Part shown: positions 51,948 to 64,000 of the stretch, in pieces
How the letters are laid out: each line of letters opens with the position of its first letter
Numbering within the stretch: position 1 is the stretch's first letter
From: Paraspadella gotoi
Lineage: Eukaryota; Animalia; Chaetognatha
Assembly: GCA_051294375.1 (NCBI GenBank)
Contig: CM119266.1
Span: forward strand, 12,824,081-12,888,080
Reading direction: 5' to 3'
DNA length: 64,000 nt
The notes under the pieces: generated by a model
The model's input: the letters and a program-made list of their open reading frames with translations, nothing else
Databases searched by the model: none
Told to the model about the DNA's origin: nothing
Made by a program: the position numbers and the translations under genes

Positions 51948-54277
51948 TGGGAGTCTCTCAAAGTCGCACCTCGGCAACTGTCACTTCATCCGGAGGTAAT
52001 TTGAGGACAAAAACTGCTAAAATATTACCAAATTTGAAAAATCCCGTTCATTTTTTCATCTAATGAGTTCTACGTTGAAATGAAAACTTTTTTAATTAGA
52101 TTCAAAGACGGACGAAGTCGCTCTTGGAGCCACTTCCGGTGATCGACCGAAAACCCCGTCTTCTCCGGAGCGCCCCTCTTCACTCAACGCTTCCAACTCC
52201 CCGTCTCCAAACAGAGTCGAAATTACGGCAATTCGAATACCGGAATCGAAAGATTTTTCAGGTATATGATGTCATATTAATAAGATAGGAATCCTTGGTT
52301 AACATTCTAACATAGGATGAAGATTTGGGTTTCTTTTTTCTTTGCTTTCCACTTTCCTTTCTATCTATATACTTCTCTCCTTTCTTCATTTTTTACTTTC
52401 TCTTGTTCTCCCATTATACCTCTTCCTTTCAGAACGAATGTCTAGAATTTTGTAATTACTTTATTTTTTATTCAGCAGGAGCCAAGTCTTATAAATTCGA
52501 AGTTATACATTGTACATTACATTGACAGTATTGTACAATGCAAAATGTTGTGTCGACCTTTAAAAAAAATTATCTTTATTTTAACTCTTTATTTTATTTT
52601 TAAATTAATATAATTATCAATAATAATAATTGAGAGGTTTATCGGGAGATTTTCGGCACATTATCTTTAATTTAAAAATTAAAACAAAAACAAAAAGTAG
52701 TTCAGTTATGTTAACAAGTTCTAAAGTTTAAAACTTGTTAACATTACTGGACTACTTTTTGTTTTTTCTTTACTTGCGTTGCTCGCCCTCTACTATGTCT
52801 TATCAATAAAATAAAATAAAATTAACAAAAGACCTAGAACATTTTTAACTTGTAATTCACTAACTGTATAGTACTACTATTAGTAGGGTGGAGTGATGAA
52901 AAGATTGAGCGATGGAACAATATTTTTTTGGTGATTTTGTACAAATATGTAACAACAAATAATTAAGCCTCTTTTCAAATAAATTTTGTATAACAGTATC
53001 ATTAATTTAATTTTTTTATAGTAATATCTTTATAAAATTAAAATTTTAAAATTATATTTTTTTTAATTTTAAAAACTGTTTTAGGTTCGCCGGAAAAAAC
53101 TGGAAAACTTTTGTAAAATATGTTTTATGATATTTTTAGGTTAAAGCTGCAAAAAATAATTAAAACATTTTATCATATAATAGTTTATGAAATTGGTACA
53201 ACCAATATAAAAATTATCCATTTATTTAATAAATAAGCTATCTTGCCCCTGACTTTGGACAGGCTTTGGTGGTTTAAGGCCTCCATCACTCTTACAAGAT
53301 AATGACATAGCAGGTCCCTGCAAGCTTTCAAACAAGACTCTCTCACAGTCTCGCCTATTATATATTATATTACAGAGCGTTCAAAAATTTGATATTTTAA
53401 CTTTTTTTAAATTTTTGATACTGAAAGCATTACATTTTTTAAAAATATATTTTATATTTTTGATTTAACTTTTTATAAAAAATCAGAATTTTTTATAAAA
53501 ATTAAAAAAAAAAATATTTTGAAGATTTATTATTTTTTAAGAATATTATTATAAATATATTGTAATTAATGATACTGTTCCCTAACCAATACAAGCAAAA
53601 TATTTTTTGTACTCCTTAATCATACGATCTCATTTGTAAATATCCTTGTTTGCTCACTCTTGTTTGTTCCCAAGTGCTCCACTCTACTGTATAGTCTATA
53701 GTTAAAATAATTTTAGTGAATTAAAATTTTCAATATGCACCTGAAAACTATTGACATTATTTTTTTCCCTCTTAGACAGCGATCCTCGTTCTCCGACAAC
53801 CGAATTAGCGAGAACGCCACTCGTGGATTCCGCGCCTTTTGTTGACCCCAGATCCCCTGCCAACGATATCCTACGGACGCCTCTTGACAAGACGAGTGGC
53901 TTCAAGGCTTTCAACCTCGAAGACAGTCTTCCTTTCATCGACGAAAGTCTGGTCCGCGATATTTTGAATTCGTGACAAATTATTTTTTAACATTTTTTGA
54001 TAATCAGCTTTTTTAACAGGAGCTCGCGCGCCCTCCCCCGAGCGACGCTCTTCAGGACGAGGGCGGCGGTTCGTCCGTCGGATCAGACCGAGTCGACGAC
54101 GCCGTCGATCCGCCCAGCGCCATCGTCAAGGAATTCGACGCGGCGATCATCGACGAGTTAGAGGGCATTAACGACGAGGATGACGAAGTCGGCGGCGCGG
54201 CGGTTGGCGGTGCAGTCGTCGCGCACGCCTCAGTCAACGAACAATGGCGAGACGGATTTTCGTCGTCCTGTCGGTGA
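51948..54277 (+). CDS. CDCA3: CDCA3/Tome-1-like protein, 4 exons
   Basis: MGVSQS (myristoylation-type start); two DPRSP..RTP motifs (DPRSPTTELARTP, DPRSPANDILRTP). Confidence 0.7.
52686..52766. repeat. Palindrome with about 35-bp arms
   Basis: AAAAACAAAAAGTAGTTCAGTTATGTTAACAAGTT ... AACTTGTTAACATTACTGGACTACTTTTTGTTTTT. Confidence 0.85.
52884..53686 (+). mobile_element. Non-autonomous hAT-type element, copy A
   Basis: Ends TAGGGTGGAGTGA...GTGCTCCACTCTA; reverse-complement homolog of 60227-60854. Confidence 0.75.
53239..53301 (-). ncRNA. Minimal twister ribozyme, type P5
   Basis: P5 TATCTTGT/GCAAGATA; GAGT-GA-TGG; AGGCCT; TAA; ACC; AC; CAAAG; P4 CCTG-TCCA-AAGT-CAGG; T2 covaries to AC/GT. Confidence 0.7.
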
Positions 54278-55571
54278 TCAGAAAAGATCACTTTTATCGA
54301 TTTTGACAAAACTGAAAAAAAAAATCGACAAAACTTGATTCATCGAAAATCATTCATCTTTTGAACGTCGCCGAGTAATTATTGCCTTGAACGCTGTTAC
54401 TTATGATCGTTTAGCCTATGCGCCTTTTTCTGTATCTGTGCCTTTGTAAATCCGGAGGGGGAAAAGGTTTTAATCCGCATCAGCATTAGTCGCGTTTTCG
54501 CTTGCGTCATTTACGAAACTAATTTCGTACCAACCAGTGCCAAACGATATTTCCTTGCTCAAACGTTAAATGTTAAAAACGTTAATTCTTTTGCTTAACT
54601 AGCTAATTAGATCTAACGCAACTCGATCTTAGTCTCTTTCTTACTCTCCATATTGTATATACATCGCTTCCCTTATTCCGCCTTTTGTTCTTTCCCGCGC
54701 TTCTCCTCTTCCCACCTCCTTTCAAGCTCGCGAGCGGCGCTGGCGCGGCAACGCGCGCCGCATCGCGCCGCGCCGTCCGGCGTCGATTCCTCGCGGCGGC
54801 TTCGCCTTAGAGAAGCCCATTAACGCGAGGCGCATTCCTGGCGTCGAGCGCCGGAAATTGATTCGAAAACAAAGGCTTGTTTGTCTTTCATTTGAACCGG
54901 CGTCACGGCCAAAGGATCATGGGAGTTGGGTGATGTGTGGCCGGGGGGCGTGGGTTGATAGAACGGTGCGTTGAGGGAACCTTGGTTGAACCAAGAATTA
55001 CGGCGGAGGTAAGCATGAAAAGTGGTGATTGGATGATGGATATGCATGATGCGAGCATTATTACTATGACGAGACCAGGCTTAGACAGTAATTTATGTAA
55101 TGGAGATTAAACTCTAAAGAATGTTTACTGTGTCAGCGTTGAGTGGAAACCATATGTAAAGAGATTGGTGTGGTTTAGATTTTTAAAATTTTTTGGTGGC
55201 CTTGATAGTATAACTCTTTCGATAAACAGAAAATCAGTAGTTATCTTTAAAAGATGAAAAGATGAGGAATTCATTGATTGATTCGAGTGATTGTTTGAAT
55301 ACTTATCATAAACATAAAGGTCTTCAAGTTCAACAGTTTAATCAATAATACAGCAAGGTTTGATTGATAAAACATTATGTTGAGGGTGCACTACAATACT
55401 GAATTCAGATTTCTCAGCTAAAGAATAGCAAAATTATTAATAAATGTCTGTAGGAACTAAAAAAAATTGGGTGTACACAGCGGAAATATTGTAGAGCGAA
55501 AAGTACGATTGTCGAGAATTTTACAAGAGGGATCACAAAATTAAAACAAATATAATATAATTAAAACAAGA

Positions 55572-62459
<6,888 letters not shown>

Positions 62460-62632
62460 GAGGACGAAAATGCGCGAAAGGAAAATTTAATTTCAAAATT
62501 TTACGATTTTATGATGTAGTAAATTTAATTTAGAGCCAAAGGTCAAACTTTCCATTCAGCTCGGCCGAACTCTTTTTAATCGGGTCCGATCTGTCACGAC
62601 GAGTCGGTCACTCCCACGCACTCGCACTCGCA

Positions 62633-62685
<53 letters not shown>

Positions 62686-63174
62686 GATTTTGAACGGCGG
62701 GGCATTTTTTGAGACCGTGCTTTCGCATGATCGTTCGCCTTTTTTTTTCTCTTTAAAATCGAGGAACTGAATCTCATAAAACAGAGATCCGTCACGTACG
62801 CGGTGATCGGGCATCGTCAGTGTCGTCGTTGTCGCCGTCGTCGTCGTCGTTTCGTCAATATGCCATTGAACGGGGCAAACAAGTTCACGCGACCCGCAAA
62901 GGCTGAAAATGGGTGACGAGGAGGTCACGTGACAAGGTTGGGCGGGTCAGGTGACGCGCGGGTGGGAAATTCGAGGATGGGAAAGTTTTTCTTTAACCCC
63001 CCTTTGAGTTTTGAGAGAGTTGATTCGCAGCTGAACTCAAAATTGTCGTTTTGTTTTCCAGGACATTTTAAGACCACCAGACAACTAGAAGAAGAAGACG
63101 ACAAGAAGAGTAAGCTTTTTTTTAGTTTGATTTTTGTTTTTCATATTAGTTTTTAATTAAAGACAGGTTCAACC

Positions 63175-63246
63175 AGCAGCGTGGCGCAGTGGGAGCGTGC
63201 TGGGCCCATAACCCAGAGGTCGATGGATCGAAACCATCCGCTGCTA
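63175..63246 (+). tRNA. Initiator tRNA-Met (CAT)
   Basis: AGCAGCG/CGCTGCT acceptor stem with A1:U72, GGG/CCC anticodon stem, T-loop ATCGAAA. Confidence 0.97.
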
Positions 63247-63353
63247 ACTTATATAAAGCATCACAGAAAGTTGTTAAATTTTTTGTCATTTTCAATTTTT
63301 TTACCTTTTTTTCATAATAAAATGCAACTTCCGGTACCCTTAAAATCTTTTTA

Positions 63354-63392
<39 letters not shown>

Positions 63393-64000
63393 GAAAACTT
63401 TTCGTCCTTCCTTGTTTTGATTAAAAAATCAATTTTCCGTTTCTGGTTTTGTTTTCCCCCGCCACGTGGCACCCGCGCGCCATCCGACGCCGGCGACGAC
63501 ACGTAGCGTCCCCTGTCGGCGGGTGGCGAAGCAATTGAGAACGTGGCGGACGAAGGTGTGGTTGGACTGGAAGGGTGGCGTCGAGTAGGAAAGGGCTGAG
63601 GAGCGTGAAAGTGCCAGAATCGTGGAAGGGGGCGGGGGGGGGGCGAATATTTGGGATGCTTGGGAACCGAAGCGGAATAAACTCTCACGTTGGAACCGAT
63701 ATGGAGGTGAAGTAATATGAAAGGGGGTTGAAGAAAACAACGAGAAATAAGTCACAACTGAATAAGCAATAACAGTGAAAAAAAAGGAAAGAATTCTAAA
63801 CTAAGTACTGAAGAAATTGTTATTACCTATAAAAAATAATGTTAATTAATAAAAAAAAATGCCGGATACACTTGCTATGTAAGATTGAGTTGAACGAATA
63901 GATTCGGCTTCCAAAGCAGAAAAAAAAATTTAAAATCTAAATTTACAAGATTTACCCCCCCCCCCAGAAAAAAGAATTAAGTGTTTAAACGAGCGTGCTA

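Noticed and set aside
54990-55017. U1 variant (ATGCTTACCT on minus) or SL RNA
   Set aside because: No U1 stem-loops or Sm site follow

Overview
Compact, intron-rich invertebrate animal DNA, probably a protostome (the U2 snRNA has the invertebrate-type GAUCAAAGUGUAGUA). From 1 to about 42.3 kb, 16 consecutive genes lie on the minus strand: receptor PTP, SUDS3, EIF3L, RING-TM, MIF4G, ePHD, C2H2-ZNF, IDH3B, SOCS, PLPP, CSNK2B, PGM3, TXNL4A, SCHIP1, RCBTB1 and SS18L2. These are followed by a divergent promoter, GCAT (intronless CDS), LETM1 and a CDCA3-like gene on plus, and an ERG/FLI-type ETS gene on minus with U2 and tRNA-iMet genes antisense in its introns. Main finding: four circularly permuted (type-P5) twister-ribozyme-like motifs with covarying helices and pseudoknots. 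All four are intronic and antisense to the host gene. Three of them sit in a roughly 250-nt dispersed element with a tRNA-like Pol III head, which is a candidate twister-carrying SINE/retrozyme family. Exon boundaries were read by eye, and CDS coordinates give first-to-last codon spans.
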